Below, piece after piece: positions 1-9,622 of a DNA stretch of 64,000 bases (positions are counted from its first letter, which is position 1; every line of letters begins with the position of its first letter). The DNA comes from a virus (taxonomy: Duplodnaviria; Caudoviricetes), in IMG/VR virus record IMGVR_UViG_3300027898_000001; one strand, given 5' to 3'. The notes beneath the pieces are model-generated. The model did not search any database and was not told where the DNA came from. It saw only the letters and a list, made by a program, of their open reading frames with translations. Made by a program: the position numbers and the translations under genes.

Positions 1-231
1 TCGTTTACGCCTGATGTTGTTGAACTAGGAACTATACCTGTATCTGATGCCACGCAAATCAGTGTGCGTATAAATACAGTGGATGGTGCTAAGAAATTGG
101 ATATCCGCGCATGGTACAAAACAAAGCAGATGACTGAATTTGCACCGAGCCCAAAAGGCGTATCCATAGATACTAAGCACTTAAAGAAATTGCGTAAGAT
201 GCTTAGTGCTGCCATTGAATTAGAGGAGTAG
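1..231 (+). CDS. PC4/YdbC-like ssDNA-binding protein, 5'-truncated by window edge
   Basis: Manual translation of frame 1 (not in ORF track): ...ISVRINTVDGAKKLDIRAWYKTKQMTEFAPSPKGVSIDTKHLKKLRKML; the DIRxWY...P..KGxS pattern is typical of the PC4 fold. Confidence 0.7.
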   Translation, partial: SFTPDVVELGTIPVSDATQISVRINTVDGAKKLDIRAWYKTKQMTEFAPSPKGVSIDTKHLKKLRKMLSAAIELEE

Positions 232-233
232 TT

Positions 234-545
234 ATGCGAACACTGTCCCTTATGATGTTTTTGATTGTAGCATTCCTACTATTCAAAATATACACCACAG
301 TACATGGGAACGATCAACTAGTTACAAATGAGCAACAACAGGCACATCCAACTGCACCTCCTGCACAGCATGTACCAATAACGCATAACGATATTAGGCA
401 TTATGAATTGGATGACAAGGAAGTATCTGCCACAGAGTTCGTGTATAACAATCACACTATACATGAAATAACATTGCCAACTGGTTTTACTTGCCACTAC
501 GTTGATAGTGATATGAATAAATCCTTATCGTGCGTTAAAAATTAA
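234..545 (+). CDS. Hypothetical protein with N-terminal membrane anchor/signal
   Basis: ORF track; hydrophobic LSLMMFLIVAFLLF; GAGGAG RBS upstream. Confidence 0.7.
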   Translation: MRTLSLMMFLIVAFLLFKIYTTVHGNDQLVTNEQQQAHPTAPPAQHVPITHNDIRHYELDDKEVSATEFVYNNHTIHEITLPTGFTCHYVDSDMNKSLSCVKN

Positions 546-547
546 AC

Positions 548-651
548 TTTGTTTTGTTTTCAAAATGTGATATAATGAGCTATACCTGCGAAACATCCTG
601 TTCATAAATTTTGCAGGTATAGCTTTTAATACATATTAAAATGTTTGTAAA
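548..651 (+). promoter_or_regulatory. Dispersed early promoter/leader element, copy 1
   Basis: TG-A-TATAAT at 568-576; 16-bp inverted repeat 578-593/609-624; AAATGTTTGTAAA at 639-651; -35 weak (TTTGTT). Confidence 0.8.
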
Positions 652-667
652 CTTCAGGAGTTCAATC

Positions 668-1063
668 ATGTGTAAATTTGTAAAGTTGCGTATTAATAAA
701 CCAGATGGTGAACACGTACACTTTGACGTAAAACTGGACGCGAATGATTTGTGCCAGTTCATTGAATACGCATTACCGCATGTTCGCAATTATTTGAACG
801 TGCGCCGTTTAGCCTTATTCCACTCTCCGAATACGGAGCATCTAGGCGGTGTATTCAAAGAAAGTTTGAACAGCACGAAAGCGCGTGAACTGTTCTATGA
901 TATATCTCCTGTAGTCGCACAACTGCTTCTGGAATCTATTCCGGGTAAGCGTCACACTATCATGCGCCCAAATACTAAAGTAGTTATTGGCACTGCCATT
1001 CAATCCGTATTATCAACCGCTATAACGCACAATACTGGCGTTATATTCTCAGAAATAAAATAA
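668..1063 (+). CDS. Hypothetical protein (first gene after promoter element 1)
   Basis: ORF track 641-1063; ATG 668 preferred because AGGAG lies at 656-660. Confidence 0.7.
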   Translation: MCKFVKLRINKPDGEHVHFDVKLDANDLCQFIEYALPHVRNYLNVRRLALFHSPNTEHLGGVFKESLNSTKARELFYDISPVVAQLLLESIPGKRHTIMRPNTKVVIGTAIQSVLSTAITHNTGVIFSEIK

Positions 1064-1075
1064 GGAGAAACTACC

Positions 1076-1462
1076 ATGACCGACGATTGTAATTGCCCCG
1101 CATGCCAATTGCTACGCGCTATAGAAAGAGACAGTATATCTTCTATACGCACATTTGCTGCGCCTTCTCCTGCCGACTTTGAGGAAAATACTGATGATGA
1201 ATTGGTGTTAGGTATTGTAGAACAAAATATGTTACCAGAAGCTGCCGTAGAATTTGTTACTACTATACGTGCTGCATTGGTAGATGCTCCTGATGACGTG
1301 TCTGTTGACAGTGATTGGTTTGAAAACGTGTATGCTCCAGCCGTTATTAAAATGTTGAAAGCGACTTCTGGTAATAAAGCTGTTGCAATTAAGAACGTGC
1401 GCGAGGAACCAACACGATTCAAAAATAAATCGTTTGTAGATTCCAGTACAACAATTCACTAA
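1076..1462 (+). CDS. Hypothetical protein
   Basis: ORF track; AAGGAG RBS; CxCxxC at N-terminus. Confidence 0.7.
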   Translation: MTDDCNCPACQLLRAIERDSISSIRTFAAPSPADFEENTDDELVLGIVEQNMLPEAAVEFVTTIRAALVDAPDDVSVDSDWFENVYAPAVIKMLKATSGNKAVAIKNVREEPTRFKNKSFVDSSTTIH

Positions 1463-1496
1463 CAATAAAGTCTTTTCATAGTACAAAGATTTTATA

Positions 1497-1694
1497 ATGG
1501 CTGATATAACTGTTCATTTAGATTTACGCACTGCGCATGTTGCAGTGTATTCTGAAAGCGTTAAAGTTTGTGATTATACCGTACGAGAAGTTTTGATACA
1601 AAAAGGTTTCCATATTGCAGATGATTATAATGCCATAGAATCTGCGGCTAAGGAATTGTATTGTGAATCGTTAAAAGGAAATAAAAATGCCTAA
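1497..1694 (+). CDS. Hypothetical protein
   Basis: ORF track; fits gene tiling. Confidence 0.6.
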   Translation: MADITVHLDLRTAHVAVYSESVKVCDYTVREVLIQKGFHIADDYNAIESAAKELYCESLKGNKNA

Positions 1695-2004
1695 CGAAAT
1701 TGATAGTATACCAATGTGGGTCCACGGTTCTGGAATACCGCAAGATGAATTAGAAGCTATTTTAGCTAATTCTTCACCGACCTCAGATAAAAAGAAACTC
1801 CATTTGATTGTTTATATAAAGTTTCTTTCAGTCTGTGTATTTACGGCACTTAATGCTTTGCTTTTGTTTTATTTCTTTGGCCTGTTTGCAGACTACTTTA
1901 ACAAAGACTTGCTGTGTCCGTACATCATAACATCCTCGGTGCTTAACCCCACATTTATGATGTGGTTAGCCTTCCGTAAATTCAAAATCATCTTAATAGA
2001 GTGA
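1687..2004 (+). CDS. Hypothetical membrane protein
   Basis: ORF track; AAAGGA RBS; two hydrophobic segments. Confidence 0.65.
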   Translation: MPNEIDSIPMWVHGSGIPQDELEAILANSSPTSDKKKLHLIVYIKFLSVCVFTALNALLLFYFFGLFADYFNKDLLCPYIITSSVLNPTFMMWLAFRKFKIILIE

Positions 2005-2007
2005 CCC

Positions 2008-2412
2008 ATGAAAATATTAATTGCATTCAATGGCATGAATACTGAAAAGGAACATGATACAATAGTGCCGAACTTTGTTATCATTTCCAAGCTAACCTTA
2101 AACATTAAGATAAAGTTGAGCGATACTCAAGGTAGTTTGTTTGAGCGCCTTAAAAAGCATGTTACAAAATACCTACCGAACACTTTGCCTAATTGCGACC
2201 CTGCTGCTGTCAACAGAATCCTAAATTTTGTTTACTGTGAGATAGATAGCGTGTTTACTTCCATTACTAACGGCAAGGATTACACTTTACGCTCACGACA
2301 CAGTGATGGTATTTTCTCTAACGGTAAACCATTTGCATCATTCACTGTATTAATCTTAGCACCTACTGATATTAAAGTAGAGTACCAAGATTTTTATACC
2401 TTCTATAGTTGA
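2008..2412 (+). CDS. Hypothetical protein
   Basis: ORF track; tiling. Confidence 0.65.
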   Translation: MKILIAFNGMNTEKEHDTIVPNFVIISKLTLNIKIKLSDTQGSLFERLKKHVTKYLPNTLPNCDPAAVNRILNFVYCEIDSVFTSITNGKDYTLRSRHSDGIFSNGKPFASFTVLILAPTDIKVEYQDFYTFYS

Positions 2413-2879
2413 GGTGTGTTATGCGTATTACAATTTCAACACGTCCTAAGAAAAACTTTGTTTCTACAAGCATGAGTTTTTCCCTTAGCAAATTAGAACA
2501 TGATTGTACGGAATACTCTCCTGAAATGTTACGCCATGCCATTAAAATGGTTGCTCTGCCAAATGCACAAGAGTTCCATCATTGGTGTGTTGAGTATTCT
2601 GCTTTTCTATCGCGCTTTGTTTACAAAACTAAAGCTAAGGCTAAAGAGCGACGTGTTTATGATTGGATGTGGATGAAAAATATACCTCAGTGGTATGATG
2701 CAGTCACTACTGACGATTTGGTGGAAGAAACACCACCGTACGAGGACGTTAAAGCACAACTGCATACATTCCTAGTTTTGACGGCTAGGTATATAACGAA
2801 CAACGTCAATAGCAAAGTGCCAGATAAACCTACTATTGCTATTGTTCAATCCATGTTTAACGGTATTTATCCCAAATAG
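2409..2879 (+). CDS. Hypothetical protein
   Basis: ORF track; GAGGT RBS suggests start near 2421. Confidence 0.65.
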   Translation: MRCVMRITISTRPKKNFVSTSMSFSLSKLEHDCTEYSPEMLRHAIKMVALPNAQEFHHWCVEYSAFLSRFVYKTKAKAKERRVYDWMWMKNIPQWYDAVTTDDLVEETPPYEDVKAQLHTFLVLTARYITNNVNSKVPDKPTIAIVQSMFNGIYPK

Positions 2880-2889
2880 AAGGTACATC

Positions 2890-3360
2890 ATGCGACAATA
2901 TACAAACTTGTACGGTGTGTTATCTGTTACATGCCAAAACACTTCTTATGAAGTTGTTGTATCACCAAAAACAGAACAAGTGTTATTCCCAATATCTCCG
3001 CGTATGTCTGAACAAGATATTCTCCGTATCTTGTTGAATCATCGTGTGTTTGATGATAAGCGCAATCGTGATAGATTGGCAGTTATCGGTAGAACCTTGC
3101 ACACAATGCGCGAGAAAGTATTTGCAGAACTAAAGAAACATTCTGTGGTACTATCGGCAGACTTCTTCGATTTGCCTGATGAACTGCAGGCAACGCGCAT
3201 CGGCAATGAAACCACGTTTGATAACTGCGATATTATGTTACCGAACACTTCACCAGTTACCTGTGTGGCTAACGTATATCCAACACCGTTTAAAGAAACA
3301 GTTGCAGATATGTATGCTATCTCAGACTACCTTGCAGAGGTATCTGACCATGTGGATTGA
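2890..3360 (+). CDS. Hypothetical protein
   Basis: ORF track 2836-3360; ATG 2890 follows GAAGGT. Confidence 0.65.
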   Translation: MRQYTNLYGVLSVTCQNTSYEVVVSPKTEQVLFPISPRMSEQDILRILLNHRVFDDKRNRDRLAVIGRTLHTMREKVFAELKKHSVVLSADFFDLPDELQATRIGNETTFDNCDIMLPNTSPVTCVANVYPTPFKETVADMYAISDYLAEVSDHVD

Positions 3361-3640
3361 TTATAAAATAGTCGTACTATTTGGTTTCGCCGTAATTCTT
3401 TTGCTCGTTTTGGTTGTTCTGTTGACTAGGACAATTACTTTGAACTCAATATCTAACGGCTACATTAGCCGAGAGGCTGCAGAGGGTTATGTTATTTGTT
3501 TGTATAACTTGGTTGAAAAGGATATTATACCTAATACTATCAAGCAATATCCTAATGTCGTCAAGTTGTGTGAAGAACACAAAACAAAACTCCGAATAAC
3601 AAGAGACAGTATCTTAAAAGGTATATGGAGAGTAAGATGA
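3350..3640 (+). CDS. Hypothetical membrane-anchored protein
   Basis: ORF track 3179-3640; ATG 3350 after GAGGT; hydrophobic IVVLFGFAVILLLVLVVLL. Confidence 0.65.
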   Translation: MWIDYKIVVLFGFAVILLLVLVVLLTRTITLNSISNGYISREAAEGYVICLYNLVEKDIIPNTIKQYPNVVKLCEEHKTKLRITRDSILKGIWRVR

Positions 3641-3819
3641 ATACTTCTGCTGCTGCTGCTGCTGCTGCAACTGTTGAACTAGATACCCTAGTATCTAGTA
3701 TCCATGCGCTACGCACAATAAAGCCGATATTGTGGAAAATGGCATTAGATAAACACGCCAGCCAAATCGCAGATTATAAAAACAAATTTGGTTTAACGCC
3801 TACTCCTACGAGGTCATAA
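3637..3819 (+). CDS. Hypothetical protein
   Basis: ORF track 3625-3819; poly-Ala from (GCT)6GCA. Confidence 0.6.
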   Translation: MNTSAAAAAAATVELDTLVSSIHALRTIKPILWKMALDKHASQIADYKNKFGLTPTPTRS

Positions 3820-3820
3820 T

Positions 3821-4159
3821 ATGGTACATCTAATGAATGACGTTCACGTTTCTATGTTGCGTAAAGAAACGGTTGTACGGCTAGTTAGTGCTAAACGTAA
3901 ACGCAAGTTACAAAAGAAAGGCATCATTTGCTACTGGTCAGTAGTACATGATTCGTGGGTGTGGGATATGCCGGCAAAATCAAAAAGTCATGCTAACATT
4001 AGTGATTGGATGAGTTTATTGGAGCCGCTTGTAAATAATGTTGTAGATCAAATGAGTAAGCAAGCCCAACGCGACCGCGCTAACGATCCAGATATTATCA
4101 ACGGTGATTTTGTACATGTTGCTATTCGTGAATTACCTACCTCTAAAGGAGAACAATAA
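3821..4159 (+). CDS. Hypothetical protein
   Basis: ORF track; GAGGT RBS. Confidence 0.65.
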   Translation: MVHLMNDVHVSMLRKETVVRLVSAKRKRKLQKKGIICYWSVVHDSWVWDMPAKSKSHANISDWMSLLEPLVNNVVDQMSKQAQRDRANDPDIINGDFVHVAIRELPTSKGEQ

Positions 4160-4485
4160 TGGAACAACCTATAGAAACACCTTCATCAAGATGGCATGCT
4201 AATGGTGAAAAAGATCCACATGCAGGGCACTATGATAAAGAACGCGCCGCTCTGTGTCTTGGACAATACACTGATGATGAAATAGCAAATGGTGCGTATC
4301 TAAACTACGATCAACCACTCAATATGCGCAAGCTGTTGGCCGATGAAGAAGGTTATCACACACCTATTGTTTGGATGCAAGCCGTAAAAGATCGCATCCG
4401 TTGGTTATCCCGCGCTTTGCAAAAATCCGAGGCTGAATGTTTAGAATTGCGTAAGCGTTTAGCACAATACGAAAATAAGGAATAA
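4159..4485 (+). CDS. Hypothetical protein
   Basis: ORF track; TAATG coupling; AAAGGAG RBS. Confidence 0.7.
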   Translation: MEQPIETPSSRWHANGEKDPHAGHYDKERAALCLGQYTDDEIANGAYLNYDQPLNMRKLLADEEGYHTPIVWMQAVKDRIRWLSRALQKSEAECLELRKRLAQYENKE

Positions 4486-4488
4486 AAT

Positions 4489-5235
4489 ATGACGGCACAT
4501 AAAGAAATACCTGAGCGTTTACTAGAGTACATTTGCCACGTTATGGAAGAGTATAAACGCCGTGTACCCGACACTGTTTATGCTCACCATAAACGCGATA
4601 TTGGGTATGTTGTTATCGAAGCCCAACCACCCGGTGAAAACGATTTTAGTTATCTATACGACAACGATCTGGATGTAATCATTGAAACGATAGTTGATGG
4701 GCATTATCAAGTTTACGATAAATACTTTGTGTCAAATACACATACACAAATTGTCGATTACTACAGACCTCTTCTGGCCGCAGGTACTCACTATATAATG
4801 CAATCTAACAATGGTTTGATGTTTGTGTTTATGCGAACAGATTGCAGCGAAAGTTTGAAGCAACACACCGTAAATAAGTTGGGTTTGAAAATGATTCGCA
4901 AGGAATCCAAACAGACAGAATTGCGCCGTTCGATTAAAGCCTCTCTTATATCTGCTGGCCTTGTTGCAGAAAATTCCGAACCTACCGAACAGGCATATCT
5001 TGCGATAGAGCAAGTGCTTAGAAAACATGATGACTCTTTACCTCATGTGTGGTGCAATATACAAGATGGGAATTTCAGTAATTCGTGGGTACCTTCTCAA
5101 CAACATTGGAATACACCTATCGAAGAACTTATTTCACACACAGAAGAACCAGATATGCGTGTGTGGAAGTTATTGCGTTATGAGTGTGTGTCCGATACCG
5201 ATTTTCAATTCAACAAACTTATGAGATTACGATAA
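4489..5235 (+). CDS. Hypothetical protein
   Basis: ORF track, 248 aa; AAGGA RBS. Confidence 0.7.
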   Translation: MTAHKEIPERLLEYICHVMEEYKRRVPDTVYAHHKRDIGYVVIEAQPPGENDFSYLYDNDLDVIIETIVDGHYQVYDKYFVSNTHTQIVDYYRPLLAAGTHYIMQSNNGLMFVFMRTDCSESLKQHTVNKLGLKMIRKESKQTELRRSIKASLISAGLVAENSEPTEQAYLAIEQVLRKHDDSLPHVWCNIQDGNFSNSWVPSQQHWNTPIEELISHTEEPDMRVWKLLRYECVSDTDFQFNKLMRLR

Positions 5236-5858
5236 TGGAAGATAAAGATTTAAAACGTATAAGTGCTCGTTTGAAAGGGTTGGAAGATAGACAAACCGAG
5301 ATTACGGATGGGTTAACTTCTTTGCAGAATACTTGTGCCGAATTATTACATATAGTTTCTGGTGATGCAGAGCGAGAAGGTTCAGTTAAACCACCACGTA
5401 AATCTAAATCAAAGAGTCGTGTTACCGAAGCCATGGCAGAATCATTTGTTCAAGTTATGAATGAACTTTTTGACATCATTTATAAAAACGATGTTCAAAC
5501 TATTTTCTACGAACATATTGGCGTTCTTATTGTTACTACCCAAGTTAGTGGCAGAGGTCCATTTGCGCAATTGATGGCGCTGTATGGCAACTTTAACGAT
5601 GTGCTAAAGGACTACGCTGAAATACTAGTAGCCTTTATAGATGATAGGGATGAGGACTCGGAGGAAGAATTACCTGATACCGAAGTCTTATCTGACCGTA
5701 TTGAAGGATTGTTAGAATCCGGTGCTCGTATCCGCCTGTATTATAGCTCTGGTAATGTTGCTTTTGGTTTGTACAATGTTTTATTTCCAGAAGCAGGATT
5801 ACAAGCATTTTGTGAGAGTAATTTGGTATTCTCTGCACTACCAAAAATAAACATTTAA
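5235..5858 (+). CDS. Hypothetical protein
   Basis: ORF track 5184-5858; TAATG-coupled ATG at 5235. Confidence 0.7.
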   Translation: MEDKDLKRISARLKGLEDRQTEITDGLTSLQNTCAELLHIVSGDAEREGSVKPPRKSKSKSRVTEAMAESFVQVMNELFDIIYKNDVQTIFYEHIGVLIVTTQVSGRGPFAQLMALYGNFNDVLKDYAEILVAFIDDRDEDSEEELPDTEVLSDRIEGLLESGARIRLYYSSGNVAFGLYNVLFPEAGLQAFCESNLVFSALPKINI

Positions 5859-5861
5859 TTG

Positions 5862-5965
5862 TTGCATCCTGTTTTAAAATATGATATAATGAGTTGTCAG
5901 AGAAATATCTATCCTGTCTACACTTTGTAGGTATAGCTCATAATCCATATTCAAATGTTTGTAAA
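5862..5965 (+). promoter_or_regulatory. Dispersed early promoter/leader element, copy 2
   Basis: TTGCAT(5862)-17 bp-TATAAT(5885) with TGn extension; TGTAGGTATAGCT box; AAATGTTTGTAAA at 5953-5965. Confidence 0.85.
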
Positions 5966-5982
5966 CTTCAGGAGTATCAAAT

Positions 5983-7194
5983 ATGCTTAAATCTGTAAAA
6001 GAATTGCGTATCCCACAAAATGCAACACCTGCGTTGCGTACTTCAATTTCCAATGCTGCTCTTATAAAGCAAAACATTGCCACATTGGAGGACGACTGTG
6101 TTGTAGAGCGTACGCCTGCGGAAGTATTGCGTACACGTATCGAAAACATTATTGTCACGTTGCCTGCTATGTTTAATTTGCAAGGCCACCAATCTGATTT
6201 GGAATTAGAAATCGCTCAAGCATTTAAAGATTGGGGATTGTTGTCGGATGTGGAAGCAGAAGCGTTTATGTCAGGTAAAAATGTTCCAAAATCTGTACCC
6301 GTAACCGAGAGTCAGACGTTTGTGAAACCATTTACTTTCCGCACCTACGCTGATCGCCTCAGTATTTGTGGTATACCAAGTAGTATTTCACAAATATTGT
6401 ATAATCACATAGATGATCGTGGTGTCGTGCCAATATCTGGCTCACAATCACAGTGCCGTAACTATTTGTTTGATACGGGCCTTCGTATTATTGCTATGTC
6501 AATTGATGAACGCAAGATAATGTTGGAAGCATTTCGTGATTCTCTCGTCGGTATTATCAATAGCACTTTATCTGCTGGTGATGCAGGCTACGCACTGCTG
6601 AATAGATTCCAACTACCTGCATTATCGGAAACTATGTTGTGCTTAGCTAAAGAAGTTGATTATGCTGATGTCTTGCGTAGATCATTGAACACAGCGTTTG
6701 GTAAAGATTTAGCACCAGCATACAAGAAGTTGATTCTCGACCTTATGGAAATCGACCAAAATGTTTATAATTGGACTTACGATGCAAAAGAGATTTACGA
6801 TAAGTATGAATTACATTCTAGTAAAAGTCCTTCTACAGAAGTGCTATTGCATCACGTAAAACAATTCCGCGATACTTTGATCGAGTGTTTAAAGTTTGCT
6901 AATGTTTCTGCTGATGCTTCGTATGAGGAAAAATCCACTCAATGTTTGGCACTCAGTGTTTTGCGATTAATCAAAGAAGACTTTGCTTCAATCCGAATGT
7001 TCACCACAATACACGGTGAAAAGTTTCCAGCAGACTTTAATTCTAGCCTAGCTAGACTTGCTGCTGTGGAAGAAGTTGTAGCTGAACACAACACTGCCCG
7101 TGCTATCGCTGAAAATATGAGTTTGAAAGAATTGTATCAAATCATAAGCGATAGCATTAAAAAACAAAGTATGGAGGTATCTGGTGTTGATTAG
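5983..7194 (+). CDS. Hypothetical protein, 403 aa, early
   Basis: ORF track; AGGAG RBS; directly downstream of promoter element 2. Confidence 0.75.
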   Translation: MLKSVKELRIPQNATPALRTSISNAALIKQNIATLEDDCVVERTPAEVLRTRIENIIVTLPAMFNLQGHQSDLELEIAQAFKDWGLLSDVEAEAFMSGKNVPKSVPVTESQTFVKPFTFRTYADRLSICGIPSSISQILYNHIDDRGVVPISGSQSQCRNYLFDTGLRIIAMSIDERKIMLEAFRDSLVGIINSTLSAGDAGYALLNRFQLPALSETMLCLAKEVDYADVLRRSLNTAFGKDLAPAYKKLILDLMEIDQNVYNWTYDAKEIYDKYELHSSKSPSTEVLLHHVKQFRDTLIECLKFANVSADASYEEKSTQCLALSVLRLIKEDFASIRMFTTIHGEKFPADFNSSLARLAAVEEVVAEHNTARAIAENMSLKELYQIISDSIKKQSMEVSGVD

Positions 7195-7227
7195 CATTAA
7201 AATCGTTCGGCCTTGAAATTGTAATCT

Positions 7228-7272
7228 TTCAGACTAGAATATACACCTAGTCTGAATTAGTTTCTTTTGTTG
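7228..7272 (+). terminator. Putative intrinsic terminator
   Basis: Perfect 10-bp stem TTCAGACTAG/CTAGTCTGAA followed by T-rich tract. Confidence 0.6.
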
Positions 7273-7302
7273 TAAACATTAACCGCTGTTCTTTAATTAC
7301 TC

Positions 7303-8649
7303 TTGGAGTTACTTATGTCTACTGTAAAACTTTTGAAAAAATACATCGGCTACAAAGTAGTATTGGCTGATAAAACTCGCACCGCTGTTTCACAAGTTCT
7401 TGCTACTACGTTCAAACTTGAAAATGGCTCACGTATTAAGCCAGAGTCTTTGACTTTATCTGGTACTACGTTGAAAGAAGTGGTTGCAGCTAAAGCAGTG
7501 CAAAAGAAAGCAGCGCCTGTTGCACGTGGTACTGCGCGTAACACTAAGCCTGCTGCTTCTGCTAAATCATCTAAGGCCAAAGATTGGTCAACCGCTCCAC
7601 GCCGCGAATGTGTTGATGAATTGTTGGCACGTGAAGTGTTTACTAAGCGTATCGACCAACAAGGTTTGAGTATTGATGAATTGCGTGAAATGTGTGCTAG
7701 TGGTAAAGTCGGTAAGAAAAAGCCAGCTGCCTCAACTAAACCTGCACGTGGAACTACTAAAGTAACAGCTTCTGCTAAACCAACGCGCGGCGCTAAAGTA
7801 AATGCTAAGCCCACTCGCGCACCGAAAGAAGAATCTCAGAAGCGTTTGCGTAGTATTTCAGCGTTCAACGATAAGAATGTTACCTCGATTGAAACTTTGT
7901 TGAATACTTCTGCACTGTCTGATTTTATCAAGCAACAAACTGGCTTCGATGTAGAAGTAGCCGCATTTAATACGTTGCACCTTGATCGCCGTTGTACGTT
8001 GCAGATCGGTTTGGTACCTGCCGATGCAGATGAAGATGAACGTGCAGCATACATGGTCGAGCTTGATGAAGATGCCGAAGAGGCAGCGGAAGAAGACGAC
8101 GAATTGGATGCAGATGATGACTTGGAAGAGTCTGCCGATTCTGATGACGACCTCGGCGACCTAGACGAAGAGGAAGAGGAAGATGAAGAGGAAGATGAAG
8201 ATGAAGAATCGGACGATGAAGAAGAGGAAGAAGATGACCTCGATGAAGAAGACGAATCTGATGATGACGAGGAAGAGGAAGATGACGAGGAAGAAGAATC
8301 TGATGACGACGAAGAAACCTCGGATTTAGATGCCTTGAAAGAACTTACAGGTTTAAGCGAATCTAAACTACAACCTCTTATTGCTGCTTGGTATGAAAAT
8401 GAAGAAGTTGAAGAAAAACTGGGCCGTGACGAATTACCGTTAGGCACTAAGTTGATTAGCGCTAAATCTGGTAACACCTTGATCGTTATCGGCTTTGACG
8501 ATACTAAGGATAAAGTAGCCTTGTTTGATACCGCAGCATCTTCTGTAACCTGTGCAAACATTGTTACCGTTGCCAAAATGGAAGAAGCGGATTCCGATGA
8601 AGAAGACTTGGAAGAAGCGGATGATGAAGATGAAGATTTAGAAGATTAA
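7303..8649 (+). CDS. Low-complexity protein with Lys/Ala-rich N-half and long Asp/Glu tract
   Basis: ORF track (ATG 7315 likely); histone-H1-like AKPTR/KPAAS segments and about 90-residue D/E run. Confidence 0.75.
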   Translation: MELLMSTVKLLKKYIGYKVVLADKTRTAVSQVLATTFKLENGSRIKPESLTLSGTTLKEVVAAKAVQKKAAPVARGTARNTKPAASAKSSKAKDWSTAPRRECVDELLAREVFTKRIDQQGLSIDELREMCASGKVGKKKPAASTKPARGTTKVTASAKPTRGAKVNAKPTRAPKEESQKRLRSISAFNDKNVTSIETLLNTSALSDFIKQQTGFDVEVAAFNTLHLDRRCTLQIGLVPADADEDERAAYMVELDEDAEEAAEEDDELDADDDLEESADSDDDLGDLDEEEEEDEEEDEDEESDDEEEEEDDLDEEDESDDDEEEEDDEEEESDDDEETSDLDALKELTGLSESKLQPLIAAWYENEEVEEKLGRDELPLGTKLISAKSGNTLIVIGFDDTKDKVALFDTAASSVTCANIVTVAKMEEADSDEEDLEEADDEDEDLED

Positions 8650-8668
8650 TAGTAAATCGTAATTTGTC

Positions 8669-8709
8669 GCTCTACCTACACAAGTGTAAATAAAGTGTGT
8701 AGGTAGAGC
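8669..8709 (+). promoter_or_regulatory. 13-bp hairpin with TGTAAATA motif in its loop, upstream of HU gene
   Basis: GCTCTACCTACAC (8669-8681) / GTGTAGGTAGAGC (8697-8709); TGTAAATA at 8685-8692. Confidence 0.6.
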
Positions 8710-8738
8710 ACACTATCCTTCATCCTTATCCTCTTTAT

Positions 8739-9305
8739 ATGAGATTACTGAAAATGGCAGAAAAGAAGAAAGTTAAAAAGTCGGTGAAACCAGCTACGTC
8801 TGCAATCCCGGCTAAGAAAAAGAAAGCTGTATCTAAGCAGGAAGAAGTTGTCTTGAAAAAGAAAAAGTCTTCTTCAAAAGAAGAAGCCCCTGCTAAGAAA
8901 GTTAAGTCTGGTAAAGCTAAACCAGTACGTGTTAAGAAAGTTAAAGAAGTACCTGTGTACACACCTGTAAAAGAAAAACTCAATCGTACTCAATTGATTG
9001 AACACTTGGCAGAAGAAACTGAATTAGATAAGAAACAAATCAAGTCAGTATTGGATGCTATTGAACAAGTTATTTTCGGCAGTGTTACACATAAGGGTGT
9101 TGGTGAATTCCAAATTCCTGGTCTTTTGAAAATCAAAACAGTACACAAACCTGCAACTAAAGGTGGTGAGAAGAAAAAGAACCCCTTCAAACCTGGTGAA
9201 ATGATGATTACTAAAGCCAAACCTGCAACGGTTAAAGTTAAGATTCTGCCCCTTAAGAAACTCAAAGACGCAGCAATCCCTCCAGCAAAAGTTAGTAAAA
9301 AGTAA
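8739..9305 (+). CDS. HU/IHF-family DNA-binding protein with Lys-rich N-terminal extension
   Basis: LNRTQLIEHLAEETELDKKQIKSVLDAIEQVI...FQIPGLLKI...KNPFKPGE...KVKILPLKKLKD matches the HU fold; ATG 8754 likely. Confidence 0.85.
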   Translation: MRLLKMAEKKKVKKSVKPATSAIPAKKKKAVSKQEEVVLKKKKSSSKEEAPAKKVKSGKAKPVRVKKVKEVPVYTPVKEKLNRTQLIEHLAEETELDKKQIKSVLDAIEQVIFGSVTHKGVGEFQIPGLLKIKTVHKPATKGGEKKKNPFKPGEMMITKAKPATVKVKILPLKKLKDAAIPPAKVSKK

Positions 9306-9312
9306 TCACAGT

Positions 9313-9612
9313 GTGAACATAAAAAGAGGCTTTTGCCCCTTTTGTGCAAAGGATACTATGAAAACAAAAATATCAATACGTCAATCCAAAGAACGCGCAC
9401 AGCGTATCAAACAATTAATAGTCATAAAGCTATTAAATCATATAGAGTCCGACGAAGTTTCTATTCGTCAAATTGCCTTGCTAACAAAAATAAGCCAAGA
9501 ACGTATAGGACTCCTATTAAACCCAACTATCCTATCTTTAGATTTAATTGTGTTGAGTTCTGTGTGCCATGTGCTTGGATTGCGCATTGTTGTCAATCGC
9601 ACTAAGATTTAA
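9313..9612 (+). CDS. XRE-like helix-turn-helix protein
   Basis: SIRQIALLTKISQERIGLLLN...LSSVCHVLG HTH pattern; ATG 9358 likely. Confidence 0.6.
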   Translation: MNIKRGFCPFCAKDTMKTKISIRQSKERAQRIKQLIVIKLLNHIESDEVSIRQIALLTKISQERIGLLLNPTILSLDLIVLSSVCHVLGLRIVVNRTKI

Positions 9613-9622
9613 GGAATTAATT

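Noticed and set aside
3649-3669. (GCT)6GCA microsatellite as a contingency locus
   Set aside because: It is a triplet repeat that keeps frame, giving a short poly-Ala only. There is no evidence of phase variation.
7836-8576. Long - strand poly-Ser ORFs (also 13880-14314, 20090-20749 and other - strand ORFs)
   Set aside because: These are antisense shadows of GAY/GAR/AAR low-complexity + strand genes. They have no RBS or promoter and oppose the uniform + strand orientation.
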